This document shows positions 46,831 through 60,255 of a stretch of 64,000 bases of DNA, piece after piece. A program made the translations under genes and the position numbers. This DNA is from Planctomycetota bacterium (GTDB lineage Bacteria > Planctomycetota > UBA1135 > UBA2386). The stretch spans positions 2,016,001 through 2,080,000 of the forward strand of contig JBKAGP010000001.1 of assembly GCA_046290465.1 (NCBI GenBank). Direction: 5' to 3'. The notes beneath the pieces are model-generated. The model was not told the origin of the DNA and did no database searches. It worked only from the letters and a program-made list of their open reading frames with translations. Positions within the stretch are counted from its first letter, which is position 1, and the number at the start of each line of letters is the position of its first letter.

Positions 46831-46868
46831 GCGGGCCTCGCGCTCCCTTCGGGGGGTGCGGGGCCCGC
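46831..46868. terminator. Strong hairpin between convergent genes
   Basis: GCGGGCCTCGCGCTCCC-TTCG-GGGGGTGCGGGGCCCGC; 17-bp stem including G-U pairs, UUCG loop. Confidence 0.75.
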
Positions 46869-46902
46869 TCGCTTTGGTAGCCGTCCGTCGCGCGGCGAGG
46901 CG

Positions 46903-47739
46903 CTACCGCGGCCCCTGCAGCGGCGAACGCGCGGGCGCCGGCAGCTCGCGGTAGCCAGACGCCATCGCCGGCGCCTCGAACTCCTCGAGCTCCGCGTACG
47001 ACGCCCCCGGGAACAGCGCGAAGCCGTGCAGCAGCAGCGCCTCGCGCACGTCGGCGAGCGCCGGGTCGACCACCGCCGCCTGCAGGGCCCGCTGCAGCTG
47101 CAGCACCCGTTCGGGCGGGGTCCGCCTCGACGTCACGTACGGCGGCGCCAGCGCGGTGCCGGTGCACGCGACCGCGCGCAGGCCGCGCACGGTGTCCGGC
47201 CGCACCCGCCGCAGCAGCGCCAGCATCACCGCGTCGACGCAGGCCGCGTCGACCTCCCCCGCGTGCACAGCCCGCAGGCTGCGCACGTGCGCGCCGGTCT
47301 CGACGACCTCGCCGAAGAACGTGCCGTCACGCTGCAGCTCGGCCGCCTGCGGCCGCATCGCGTTGGTGCCCGAATGCGACGACGCCTGGTTGATCGCCAT
47401 GCGCGCCCCGCGCAGCTCGGCGAACGTGCGCCACGGCCGGTCGGCCCGGACCACCACGTAGCTGCGGTAGCGCGGCCCTTCGCAGCCCTCGGCCGAGTAG
47501 CACGGCGTCGCGACCGGCACGATCGCGTCGGCGTGGTCGTAGAGCACGTCGTAGCCACACGCCTGGCTCAGCAGCAGGTCGTCGCGCTGCCAGCCGGCGA
47601 CGTGGTCGCCGCGCAACAGCCGTTCGGGAGTCCCTTCACAGCCGGCCGCCACCAGGTGCCGCGCGATCCCGGCCCACCACGCATCGGTCTGCTCGTGCAA
47701 CTCGGCGAAGTCGTACCAGGGAAGTGCTGCGACGGACAC
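46903..47739 (-). CDS. PhnD/SsuA-like substrate-binding-fold protein (orphan)
   Basis: LPWYD, LLSQACG, YRSYVVVR, SHSG, TGAH..SL, DAACVD family pattern; no signal peptide. Confidence 0.8.
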   Translation of the reverse strand: MSVAALPWYDFAELHEQTDAWWAGIARHLVAAGCEGTPERLLRGDHVAGWQRDDLLLSQACGYDVLYDHADAIVPVATPCYSAEGCEGPRYRSYVVVRADRPWRTFAELRGARMAINQASSHSGTNAMRPQAAELQRDGTFFGEVVETGAHVRSLRAVHAGEVDAACVDAVMLALLRRVRPDTVRGLRAVACTGTALAPPYVTSRRTPPERVLQLQRALQAAVVDPALADVREALLLHGFALFPGASYAELEEFEAPAMASGYRELPAPARSPLQGPR

Positions 47740-47797
47740 GCCCCGAAGCTAGGCCTGCCGCGCCCGAGCACCAGCCCCAACCCGGGGTTCGGCGGGC

Positions 47798-50700
47798 CTA
47801 CTGCGGGTCGAGCACGATCAGCAGGTCGTCGCTCTGCACCATCGCACCGACGTCCGTGCACAGCTCGCGCACGGTGCCGCTGACCGGCGCGCGCACGATC
47901 GTCTCCATCTTCATCGCCTCGAGCGTCAGCACCGGATCGCCCTCCTGCACCGCCTCGTCCTCGCCGACGTGCAGCACGATCACGCGGCCGGGCATCGGCG
48001 AGCCGACCTCGCCGGGGCTGCCGGGATCGGCGCGGCGACGGGTCTCGACCTCGCCCTCGAGCGACCGGTCGGCGACCACCACCTGACGGTTCTGGCCGTT
48101 GAGCTTGAAGTAGACGGTGACGTGGCCCTGCTCGTCGGCCTCGCTCCTCGCCTCCAGCGAGATCACCAGCGTCTTGCCGCGCTCGAGCTCGATCCAGACC
48201 TCCTGGCCCATCTCGAGGCCGTAGAAGTAGACCGGCGTCGGCAGCAGCGAGACGTCGCTGCAGCGGTTGCGGAAGGCGAAGTAGTCGTCGAGCACGCGCG
48301 GGTAGAGCGCGTAGCTGACCACGTCGCGCGGCTGCGTCGGGCGGTTCATGCGCTCCTCGCAGTGCTGCTGCGCCGCCGCGAAGTCGAACGGCTCCATGCC
48401 GTCGCTCGGCCGACCGGTCAGCACCGGCAGGCCCTTCAGCACGGCGCGGCGCAGGTCCTCGGGGAAGCCGCCCGGCGGCTGGCCGAGGTGGCCCTGGAAG
48501 TAGGTGACCACCGACTGCGGGAAGTCAAGGCGCTTGGACTGCACCAGCACCTTCGCCTTGGTCGCCTCGACCGAAGCGTGCAGGTTGCCGCGCATCTCCA
48601 GCAGGTCGTTCTGCACCAGGAAGATCGCGAAGTCGCCGACCATCTTCGACGACGGCGTGACCTTGGGGATGTCGCCGACCAGCTGGTTGACGACCGCGAA
48701 CGCATGGCGCACGTCCGACCAACGGTCGATCAGCCCGAGCGACGCGACCTGCGGTCGCAGGTTGGAGTACTGGCCACCCGGGATCTCGTGGTAGTAGACC
48801 TCGCTGGTGCTCGACTTCAGACCGCACTCGAACGGCGCGTAGTACTCGCGCACGCCTTCCCAGTAGTCGGCCAGCGGCTGCATGTCGTGGTTGGTCAGCC
48901 CGGTCTCGCGCTGGTGGCCGCGCAGCGCCGCGATCAGCGCGTTCATGCTCGGCTGCGAGGTCAGGCCGGCCATCGGCGACAGCGCCGTGTCGACGATGTG
49001 CACGCCGGCCTCGATCGCCGCCATGTAGGTGGCGATGCCGTTGCCGGACGTGTCGTGCGTGTGCAGGTGGATCGGCAGCTCGGTGACCTCACGCAGCTTG
49101 CCGATCAGCATGCGCGCCGCGTGTGGACGCAGCAGGCCGGCCATGTCCTTGACGCACAGGATGTGCGCGCCGAGGTCCTCGATGCGCCTGGCCAGGTCGG
49201 CGTAGTAGTCGAGCGTGTACTTGGTGCGCGCCGGGTTGTCGACGTCGCCGGTGTAGCACATCGCGACCTCGGCGAGCTTGCCCGTCTGCAGCACGCGCTG
49301 CACCGAGACCTGCATCGAGTCGAGGTCGTTGAGGCTGTCGAACACGCGGAACACGTCGATGCCGCACTCGGCCGCGCGGTCGATGAACTCCTCGACGACG
49401 TTCTGCGGGTAGCTGGTGTAGCCGACCGCGTTGGCGCCGCGCAGCAGCATCTGGTGCAGCACGTTCGGGATCGCGCTCTTGAGCTTCTGCAGGCGCTCCC
49501 ACGGATCCTCGTTGAGGAAGCGGTAGCAGACGTCGAACGTCGCCCCGCCCCAGGTCTCGAACGAGAACAGCTGGTGCTGGACGTGCGCCATCGCCGGCGC
49601 GATCGCCAGCATGTCCTTGGTGCGCACGCGCGTCGCCAGCAGCGACTGGTGCGCGTCGCGCATCGTCGTGTCGGTCAGCAGCGGCTTCTGCTGCCGCTTG
49701 ATCCACTCGACGACCTTGTCGGGTCCGCCCTCGTTCAGGATGTGCGCCGTGCCGGGCGGCGGCATGCCGTCGGGCGCCGCCGGCATCGGCGGCGTCATGA
49801 ACCCGGCCGGCGACAGCCGCTGTTCGGGCCGCACCGTCGGGTGGCCGTTGACGATCACGTCGGCCAGGTAGGTCAGCAGCTTGGTCGCGCGGTCGCGACC
49901 GAGTTCGATCTCGAACAGCTCCGGCGTCTCGTCGAGGAACCGCGTCCAGGTCTCGCCCTGCAAGAACGCCTCGTGCTGCAGCACGTTCTGCAGGAACGCG
50001 AGGTTGGTCTTGACGCCGCGGATGCGGAACTCGCGCAGCGCACGCACGCCCTTCTGGGCCGCCTGCTCGAGCGTCGCCGCGAACGTGATGCACTTGACCA
50101 AGAGCGAGTCGTAGTGCCCGGACACCACCGTGCCGGCGAGGCCGTCGCCGCCGTCGAGTCGCAGGCCGAAGCCGCCCGGCGCGCGATAGGCCATGATCGT
50201 GCCGGTGTCCGGCAAGAACTCGTTCTGCGGGTCCTCGGTGGTGATCCGGCACTGGATCGCGTAGCCGCGCGGCTGCACTGATTCCTGCCCCTTCAGGCCG
50301 ATCTCGTCGCTGTCGAGCGCGTAGCCCTGCTCGACCAGGATCTGCGTCTGCACGATGTCGATCCCGGTGATCTGCTCGGACACCGTGTGCTCGACCTGCA
50401 GGCGCGGGTTGACCTCGATGAAGTAGTGCTGGTCGCCGGCGACCAGGTATTCGAACGTGCCGGCGTTGTGGTAGCCGGCGTGCCTGGCGAGCTTCAGCGA
50501 GTCCGCGAACAGCGCCTCGCGCGTCGCCTGCGTCAGGTTCGGCGACGGCGCGATCTCGACGACCTTCTGGTGGCGGCGCTGCACCGAGCAGTCGCGCTCG
50601 CAGATGTGCACGACGTTGCCGTGCTTGTCGCCGATCACCTGCACCTCGATGTGGCGCACCTTCGGCAGGAACTTCTCGAGGAACACCACCGGACTGCCGA

Positions 50701-51295
50701 ACGACGCCAGCGACTCGCTGCGCGCCTGCCGCAGCAGCGGCACGATGTCCTTGCGCTTGTCGACGACGCGCATGCCGCGGCCGCCGCCGCCGTGTGCGGC
50801 CTTGAAGATCGTCGTGCCGTGCTCGGCGAAGAACCGCTCCGCCGCGGCGAACGCCTCGTCCTCGTCGACCGGCAGCTCCATGCCCGGCACGCACGGCACC
50901 TGAAGCGACTCGGCGGTCTTGCGCGCCTCGACCTTGTCGCCGAGCTTCTGGATCACCTCCGATCCGGGCCCGATGAACTCGATGCCGGCGGCGCGCACCT
51001 TGGCGGCGAACTCGTGGTTCTCCGACAGGAAGCCGTAGCCCGGGTGGATCGCGTCGACGTTCGCCTGCCGGGCGATCTCGAGGATCTCGTCGCCGCCGAG
51101 GTAGGCCTGCACGGCGCCCTTGCCCTTGCCGATCAGGTAGCTCTCGTCGGCCTTGTAGCGGTGCTGGTTGGTCGCGTCCTCCTCGCTGAACACCGCGACG
51201 GTGCGGATCGAGAGTTCGGCGCAGGCGCGGAACACGCGGATCGCGATCTCGCCGCGGTTCGCGCAGAGGACCTTCTGGAACGGGCGCACTTGCAT
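47798..51295 (-). CDS. pyc: Pyruvate carboxylase
   Basis: ANRGEIAIRVFRAC, DTTMRDAHQSLLATR, HEIPGGQYSNL, EAMKME biotin site; start at ATG 51295. Confidence 0.97.
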   Translation of the reverse strand: MQVRPFQKVLCANRGEIAIRVFRACAELSIRTVAVFSEEDATNQHRYKADESYLIGKGKGAVQAYLGGDEILEIARQANVDAIHPGYGFLSENHEFAAKVRAAGIEFIGPGSEVIQKLGDKVEARKTAESLQVPCVPGMELPVDEDEAFAAAERFFAEHGTTIFKAAHGGGGRGMRVVDKRKDIVPLLRQARSESLASFGSPVVFLEKFLPKVRHIEVQVIGDKHGNVVHICERDCSVQRRHQKVVEIAPSPNLTQATREALFADSLKLARHAGYHNAGTFEYLVAGDQHYFIEVNPRLQVEHTVSEQITGIDIVQTQILVEQGYALDSDEIGLKGQESVQPRGYAIQCRITTEDPQNEFLPDTGTIMAYRAPGGFGLRLDGGDGLAGTVVSGHYDSLLVKCITFAATLEQAAQKGVRALREFRIRGVKTNLAFLQNVLQHEAFLQGETWTRFLDETPELFEIELGRDRATKLLTYLADVIVNGHPTVRPEQRLSPAGFMTPPMPAAPDGMPPPGTAHILNEGGPDKVVEWIKRQQKPLLTDTTMRDAHQSLLATRVRTKDMLAIAPAMAHVQHQLFSFETWGGATFDVCYRFLNEDPWERLQKLKSAIPNVLHQMLLRGANAVGYTSYPQNVVEEFIDRAAECGIDVFRVFDSLNDLDSMQVSVQRVLQTGKLAEVAMCYTGDVDNPARTKYTLDYYADLARRIEDLGAHILCVKDMAGLLRPHAARMLIGKLREVTELPIHLHTHDTSGNGIATYMAAIEAGVHIVDTALSPMAGLTSQPSMNALIAALRGHQRETGLTNHDMQPLADYWEGVREYYAPFECGLKSSTSEVYYHEIPGGQYSNLRPQVASLGLIDRWSDVRHAFAVVNQLVGDIPKVTPSSKMVGDFAIFLVQNDLLEMRGNLHASVEATKAKVLVQSKRLDFPQSVVTYFQGHLGQPPGGFPEDLRRAVLKGLPVLTGRPSDGMEPFDFAAAQQHCEERMNRPTQPRDVVSYALYPRVLDDYFAFRNRCSDVSLLPTPVYFYGLEMGQEVWIELERGKTLVISLEARSEADEQGHVTVYFKLNGQNRQVVVADRSLEGEVETRRRADPGSPGEVGSPMPGRVIVLHVGEDEAVQEGDPVLTLEAMKMETIVRAPVSGTVRELCTDVGAMVQSDDLLIVLDPQ

Positions 51296-51571
51296 GGAGG
51301 TTGGCAGCGTAAGGCCGATGGCGTCGGCGAACGGCGTGCCGACGGTTGGTTTTTCGGCGCTTGCCCGCGACCAGCTGAACGCGCCGTCGTGCGACCGGCG
51401 GCGGCACCACGACGACGCCGGATCTGCCGGTGTGCGGTGGCCGCGCGGCCGTCGCTGCGACCCGACGCCGGCGCTCCGATCGGAGCCCTCACTTCCGCTC
51501 GCAACCCCGCCGTTCGGGTCCGGCCGCCCGCCACCGCGGCGGGCACGGCGCTTGCTCCGCCATCGAACGCA

Positions 51572-52306
51572 ATGCCCACCGCTGCCACCGTCCTGCCCGT
51601 CGCCATGGGCCGCCAGCCGACCGACGTCAGCTGCGGCCCGACCTGCCTGCACGCCGTCTACGACTACTACGGCCTGCGCGTCTCGACGAGACAGCTGATC
51701 CGCACCGTGCCGTCGCTCGACGAGGGCGGCACGCTCGGCGTCATGCTCGCCCAGGACGCACTGGCGCGCGGCTTCGACGTCACCATCGTCACCTGGAACC
51801 TGCGCATCTTCGACCCGACCTGGTTCGGATCCGAAGCGAGCCCGCTGGCCGAACGGCTGCGCCAGCGCGCCCGCGCCCGGCGCAGCAACCAGAAGCTGCG
51901 GCTGGCCGCCGAGGCCTACGCCGACTACGTCGAGGCCGGCGGCACGGTCTCGCTGCGCGACCTGACCGCGTCGCTGCTGCGCGACACGCTGAAGCGCGGC
52001 GTGCCGATCCTGACCGGCCTGTCGGCGACGTTCCTCTACCGCGAGATGCGGCAGCGCCCGACCGACGAGGTCCCCGACGACCTGCGCGGCGAGCCGGTCG
52101 GCCACTTCGTCGTGCTCAGCGGCTACGATCCGCGCCGCCGCACCGTGCTGGTCACCGACCCGATGCACCCCAACCCGCTGTCGGACACCCACACCTACCC
52201 GGTCCCGATCGACCGCCTGGTCGGCGCCATCTACCTCGGCGTGCTGACCTACGACGCCAACCTGGTCATCATCGAACGCCGCGCCGACGGGCACGCCGAT
52301 TGCTGA
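51572..52306 (+). CDS. Peptidase C39-like cysteine peptidase
   Basis: RQPTDVSCGPTCL (Gln/Cys), GHFVVLSGYD (His), VTDP (Asp). Confidence 0.85.
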   Translation: MPTAATVLPVAMGRQPTDVSCGPTCLHAVYDYYGLRVSTRQLIRTVPSLDEGGTLGVMLAQDALARGFDVTIVTWNLRIFDPTWFGSEASPLAERLRQRARARRSNQKLRLAAEAYADYVEAGGTVSLRDLTASLLRDTLKRGVPILTGLSATFLYREMRQRPTDEVPDDLRGEPVGHFVVLSGYDPRRRTVLVTDPMHPNPLSDTHTYPVPIDRLVGAIYLGVLTYDANLVIIERRADGHADC

Positions 52307-52332
52307 ACGCCGGCTGATCGCCAAGCGATTCC

Positions 52333-53807
52333 ATGCAGACCATCGCCGTCGTCCACTCCCTCTCCGACTGGCCCGTCGACGTCCCCGGCATCGAGGTCGT
52401 CACCGCCCGCGACTACCTGACCGCCCCCGAGTGGACCGGCAACCGCCGCCTCCGGGTGTTCAACCTGTGCCGCAGCTACGCCTACCAGAGCGAAGGCTAC
52501 TACGTGTCGCTGTTGGGTTCGGCGCGCGGCCACCGGCCGTTCCCCGACCTGCGCAGCGTGCTCGACATGAAGCACCGCTTCCAGGTGCGCGTGCTCGACG
52601 AGGAACTCGACGAACGGATCCAGCGCAGCCTCGCCGACATCCAGGGCGAGCGCTTCGAGCTGAGCGTCTACTTCGGCACCAACCTGGCGCGCCGCCACGC
52701 CCGGCTGGCGCAGGCGCTGTTCGCGCAGTTCCCGGTGCCGATGCTGCGCGCCTCGTTCGTGCGCAAGGCCCGCGACGGCCGCTGGCACATGACGCGGGTC
52801 GCGCCGCTGTCGCTGCGTGACGTTCCGGACGGCCACCGCGAGTTCCTCGCCGAGGCCATGCACGACCATACCGGCCGCCGGCGCCGCCGCGCCCGCACCG
52901 CGCGCCGCGAGGCCCGCTACGACCTCGGCATCCTGTACGACCCGGCCGAGAAGCTGGCGCCGTCGGATCCGCGCGCGCTCGCGCGCTTCCGCCGCGCCGC
53001 CCGCAAGGTCGGCTTCGACGTACAGATGCTGCAGAAGGACGACTACGCCCGGCTCGCCGAGTTCGACGCGCTGCTGCTGCGCGAGACTACCGCCGTCGAC
53101 CACCACACGTTCCGGTTCGCGCAGCGCGCCGAACGGCTCGGCATCGTCGTCGTCGACGACGCCACCTCGATCCTGCGCAGCACCAACAAGGTCTACCAGG
53201 CCGAAGCGCTGGCGCGCCACAAGGTGCCGATCCCGCGCACGCTGATCGTCGGCGAGGTCGACGTCGACACGATCGTCGCCCAGATCGGCCTGCCTTGCGT
53301 GCTCAAGTATCCGGACAGCTCGTTCTCGCAGGGCGTCGTCAAGTGCGAGGACGCCGACCAGATCCGCGACCAGGGCCGCGGCATCCTGGCCGAGTCCGAC
53401 CTGCTGCTGGCGCAGGAGTACCTGCCGACCGGCTTCGACTGGCGGGTCGGCGTGTTCGGCGGCGAGGCGCTCTACGCCTGCCGCTACCTGATGGCGCGCG
53501 GCCACTGGCAGATCGTCAAGCGGACCGGCGAGGGTCGCTTCCGGCACGGCCGCGTCGAACCGGTCCCGCTCGACCGGGTGCCCGCCGAGGTCGTCGAGAT
53601 CGCGCTGCGCGCCGCCGGCGCGTTCGGCGACAGCCTCTACGGCGTCGACCTCAAGGTCGTCGACGACGCCATCTACGTGACCGAGGTGAACGACAACCCC
53701 AACATCGACGCCGGCTGCGAGGACGCGGTGCTCGGCGAGGACCTCTACCTGCGCATCATGCAGGGCATGCTCGACCGCGTGCGCGCGCACAAGCGCGAGG
53801 TGGTGGC

Positions 53808-53811
<4 letters not shown>
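52333..53811 (+). CDS. RimK-family ATP-grasp ligase with an N-terminal RLAN domain
   Basis: NLCRSYAYQSEGYYVSLL..ARGH, NKVY, PCVLK.PDSSFSQGV, QEYLPT.FDWR, YGVDLK, EVNDNPN. Confidence 0.92.
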
Positions 53812-55045
<1,234 letters not shown>

Positions 55046-55049
<4 letters not shown>

Positions 55050-55756
55050 GCACGGTCGTGATCTCGTGCGAGCACGCGACCGACCGCGTGCCGGCGGCCT
55101 ACGCGCCCTGGTTCGCGAGCGCGGCGGCGGCGCTGCAGAGCCACCGCGGCGTCGACTTCGGCGCCGCACTGCTTGCCGACGAACTCGCCGACGCGCTCGG
55201 GGTGCCGGCCCTGCACGCCGACGTCACCCGCCTGCTGGTCGACACCAACCGTTCGCAGGGCGAACGCGCGATCTTCTCGGAGTGGTCGTGGCCGATGCCC
55301 GAAGACCTGCGCCGACGCGCGCTGCGCGAACACTGGAGCCACCACCGCGACCGGGTCACCGCCGCTGTGCGCGCGGTCATCGACGGCGGCGGCTCGGCCG
55401 TGCACGTCGGCGTGCACTCGTTCACGCCGGAGCTCGACGGCGAGGTGCGCGAGATCGACGTCGCCTGGCTGTTCGATCCGGACCGTCCCGCCGAGGTCCG
55501 GTTCGTCGACGCGTGGCAGCGGGCGCTGGCCGAGGCCGCCCCGGAGCTGCGCCTGCGCCGCAACGAGCCCTACCAGGGCACCAGCGACGGCCTGACCACG
55601 GACCTGCGCCTGCAGTTCGACGACGCCCGCTACCTGGGCATCGAACTCGAGGTCAACCAGGGACTTGCGCTCGGCGACGCGGCTGCCTGGCGGCGCCTGC
55701 GGCGGGCGCTGGTCGCGACGGTGCCGCGCCCGTCGTCGCACAGAGTGCTTACGTGA
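55046..55756 (+). CDS. N-formylglutamate amidohydrolase family protein
   Basis: ISCEHA, SHRG.D.GA, RLLVDTNRS, HSFTP, NEPY, ELEVNQ; GTGA overlap. Confidence 0.9.
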
Positions 55757-55785
55757 CCGACGCCGAGACGGCGTAGGGTGCGCGC

Positions 55786-57000
55786 ATGATCCGTCGCGTT
55801 CTCTCCCTCCCGGGATCGATCCTGCTGGCCCCGTTCCTGCTGGCCGCCCCCGCCGCCGCCCAGCAGCTCGAACGGCCAGAGCTCGCGCTCGACGTCGGCC
55901 CGGTCGTCTGCTTCTCGAAGAACGCCGGCGGCAGCCCGCGGCAGACCGACCTCTACGTCGCCAACTGCGACGGCGAGCGCGGCGCGCAGCGGTTCTGTCG
56001 GGTGCAGGGCAACGTGCGCATCGTCACCCGCCTCGACCGCAGCCACTTCCTGCTGGCGTGCTACGACCAGCCCTACGGCCTGGTCGTCGTCGATGCCGCG
56101 ACCGGCGTGCAGCACCTGCTGGCCGACGGCTCGCCGCACGACTTCGTCGCCCTGCACGGCGGCGACGTGCTCTACCTCGGCGACGACCGCTGGGGCAAGG
56201 GCGACCACTTCCTGTACGCCCGGCCGTGGCGCGGCGGCGAACGGCGCAAGCTGACCGAGGTGCAGCTCGACGCCGTGCCGATCGTCGACGGCAACCTGGC
56301 GATCGCGGTGACGGCCGGCGAGCGGGAGGTCTGGAAGGTCAGCCTGACGCGCGGCGCCGGCAGCCGCGTGCACCGGCTGCCCGAGGGCACCATGAGCACC
56401 CGCCTGGCGCTGTCGCCCGGCGGCCAGCGGCTCGCGATCGGCTGCAACCAGCAGGGCCGCGGGCGGCTGACGGTGGTCGACCTCGCGACCGGTAAGGCGC
56501 TGCAGGTGTGGAAGACGATCAACATCACGGTGTCGCCGCTGTCGAGTTCGCTGCCGCGGCTCGAGGTCGGCTGGCACGACGACGGCCACGTCGTGACCGC
56601 CGAGACGATCGGCAACGGCCGCAACGGCGGGCACTTCGCGTTCGTGCGGCGCTCGATCGCCAGCGGCGAGGTCGTCGAGGAACTCGACGCCGGCGACCTG
56701 GGGCTCAGCCACCCGCAGCCGCCGACGCCCGGCGCACCGGCCGCCGAGCCGCTGTTCTCGGTGCAGCCCCGCGGCGACCGCTACCTGCTGCTGCGGGCCG
56801 ACCGCGAACGTCCGGTCGCCGAAGCCGCCAACGTGCGCGGCCGCGCCTGCCCGCTGGCCGTCAGTCCGGACGGCGCCTACGCCGTCGAACAGCTCGAACG
56901 CGACCCCACCAAGCGCGTGCTGCACCGCCGCACCGGCCCGCCGCTCGCCCTGTTCGACCAGCCCTGCACCGACCTGTGCTGGTTCGGTCCGAGCCGCTGA
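55786..57000 (+). CDS. Secreted hypothetical protein, possible beta-propeller
   Basis: Signal ending PAAA|Q; ALSPGG and AVSPDG WD/TolB-like motifs. Confidence 0.7.
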   Translation: MIRRVLSLPGSILLAPFLLAAPAAAQQLERPELALDVGPVVCFSKNAGGSPRQTDLYVANCDGERGAQRFCRVQGNVRIVTRLDRSHFLLACYDQPYGLVVVDAATGVQHLLADGSPHDFVALHGGDVLYLGDDRWGKGDHFLYARPWRGGERRKLTEVQLDAVPIVDGNLAIAVTAGEREVWKVSLTRGAGSRVHRLPEGTMSTRLALSPGGQRLAIGCNQQGRGRLTVVDLATGKALQVWKTINITVSPLSSSLPRLEVGWHDDGHVVTAETIGNGRNGGHFAFVRRSIASGEVVEELDAGDLGLSHPQPPTPGAPAAEPLFSVQPRGDRYLLLRADRERPVAEAANVRGRACPLAVSPDGAYAVEQLERDPTKRVLHRRTGPPLALFDQPCTDLCWFGPSR

Positions 57001-57070
57001 CCGCGACGCCACAACTCGCCCAAACGCGAAGTGGTCTTTGCGCGGCGCCTCGTTAGACTCGGGGCCCGGA

Positions 57071-57589
57071 ATGGTTCTCCCGCTTGCCCTCCGGACTTCG
57101 CTGTTGCTCGTGGCCGGAGGTCTCGCCGCGTGCGCCAGCAGCGGCGGCGGTTCTGGCGGCGGTCCCGAGCCGGAGCGCGCCAGCGTGATGCTGATCTCGC
57201 GCACCAGCCCGACGCTCGCGCTGATGAACATCGGCACCCCGGTGCCGCCCGCCCCCAACGGCAACGACGTCGTCGCCAAGATGGTCGAACCGGCCGGCAT
57301 GGCGGCGCTGGTCGAGACGTTCGGCTCCGAGGACATGTTCCGCTTCGCGCTCGCCGACGCCCCGACCGGCGCCCGCCAGGCGCTGGTGCTCGATCGCGAC
57401 GGCGAGCGCTCGGTCTGGGTGTTCACCGGCAACGCCAGGGACCCGGGCTACGTCACGTTCGTCCAGGCCCGCAACTACTTCCTGCAGCTGTTCAACCACG
57501 CCCAGAACTACGTGCCGGACGAGCAGGCGAAGCAGGACATGAAGGAGTCGCGCGAGTTCGACGACGAGCGCCGTCGGAGGCAGCGGTGA
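57071..57589 (+). CDS. Hypothetical lipoprotein
   Basis: LLLVAGGLAAC lipobox; stop overlaps the kdsB start. Confidence 0.75.
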   Translation: MVLPLALRTSLLLVAGGLAACASSGGGSGGGPEPERASVMLISRTSPTLALMNIGTPVPPAPNGNDVVAKMVEPAGMAALVETFGSEDMFRFALADAPTGARQALVLDRDGERSVWVFTGNARDPGYVTFVQARNYFLQLFNHAQNYVPDEQAKQDMKESREFDDERRRRQR

Positions 57590-58335
57590 GCGTCGACGCC
57601 CTGGCGATCATCCCGGTGCGCGTCGGCAGCCAGCGGCTGCCCGGCAAGGCGCTGCTGGACGAGAGCGGCAAGCCGCTGTTCCTGCACACCTGCGACCAGG
57701 CGAGGAACACCGCCAACATCGACCTGGTCTGCGTCGCGACCGACGACGACCGCGTCGAGGCCGCCGCACGCGCCCACGGTTACGAGGTCGCGCGCACCAG
57801 CCCCGACTGCCGCACCGGCAGCGAGCGCTGCGCCGAAGCCGCCCGGCAGATCGAAAGCCGGGCCGTGCTCGACATCCAGGGCGACTGGCCCGAGGTCGAT
57901 CCGCGCGACCTCGAGGCGCTGGTCGCGCAGCTGCTCGCCGGCGACAGCGCCTGCAACACGCTGTGCGCGCGCCTCGACGACCCGGCCACGATCCAGAACC
58001 CGAACGTCGTCAAGGTCGTGCGCGGCGGCAACGGCAAGGCGCTGTACTTCAGCCGGCAGCCGATTCCGTTCGTCCAGGAAGGTCCGTCCGTCGCGGCCGG
58101 CAGCTTCCCGATCCTGCGCCACATCGGCGTCTACGGCTTCGCGCGCGACACCCTGCTGCGCGTGCCGGGCCTGCCGTCGAGCGGCCTCGCCGAGGCCGAG
58201 AGCCTCGAGCAACTGCGCTTCCTCGAGAACGACATCCAGATGCACGTGCTCGACGCCACCGGCAACCCGTGGGGCATCGAAACGCGCGAAGACTACGACG
58301 CCTACCTGCACCGCCTGAGCACCCAGAGCAACTGA
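57586..58335 (+). CDS. kdsB: 3-deoxy-manno-octulosonate cytidylyltransferase
   Basis: [54 protein letters not shown]. Confidence 0.95.
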   Translation: MSVDALAIIPVRVGSQRLPGKALLDESGKPLFLHTCDQARNTANIDLVCVATDDDRVEAAARAHGYEVARTSPDCRTGSERCAEAARQIESRAVLDIQGDWPEVDPRDLEALVAQLLAGDSACNTLCARLDDPATIQNPNVVKVVRGGNGKALYFSRQPIPFVQEGPSVAAGSFPILRHIGVYGFARDTLLRVPGLPSSGLAEAESLEQLRFLENDIQMHVLDATGNPWGIETREDYDAYLHRLSTQSN

Positions 58336-58345
58336 CCGCAACTAT

Positions 58346-59968
<1,623 letters not shown>

Positions 59969-60012
59969 GCTGGGCTGAGCCTGCGCTGGGCTGGGCCTGC
60001 GCTGGGCTGAGC
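59969..60012. repeat. 16-bp tandem repeat (2.75 copies) directly after the pyrG stop
   Basis: GCTGGGCTGAGCCTGC GCTGGGCTGGGCCTGC GCTGGGCTGAGC. Confidence 0.75.
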
Positions 60013-60013
60013 A

Positions 60014-60075
60014 GGACGGAGCGCCGTCCGGGCGTCACGCGCGATCGGAGGATTTCTCCGAGAACGCGCGTGACG
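60014..60075. terminator. Two adjacent hairpins downstream of pyrG
   Basis: GGACGG-AGCG-CCGTCC, then CGTCACGCGCG..TCGGAG-GATTT-CTCCGA..CGCGCGTGACG; no U-tract. Confidence 0.5.
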
Positions 60076-60255
60076 GGGAACCGCTGCGGCCGCCTGTGCG
60101 TTGCGCGCCCGTCGCAATATCGCCCGGACATCCTCGTTACCGTCGAAGTTCGGGGAAGAACTGCGCCATCGCTGCGTCCCCCACTTTGCACGTCGCGCGC
60201 CCCCTCGTACCATGCGCGCTCGAAGTTAGACCCCACGAAGGAGAGGTTGACACAC

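Noticed and set aside
51296..52324. Apparent 343-aa N-terminal extension of pyruvate carboxylase
   Set aside because: Upstream open frame overlaps the divergent C39 peptidase gene; homology begins at MQVRPFQKVL (51295).
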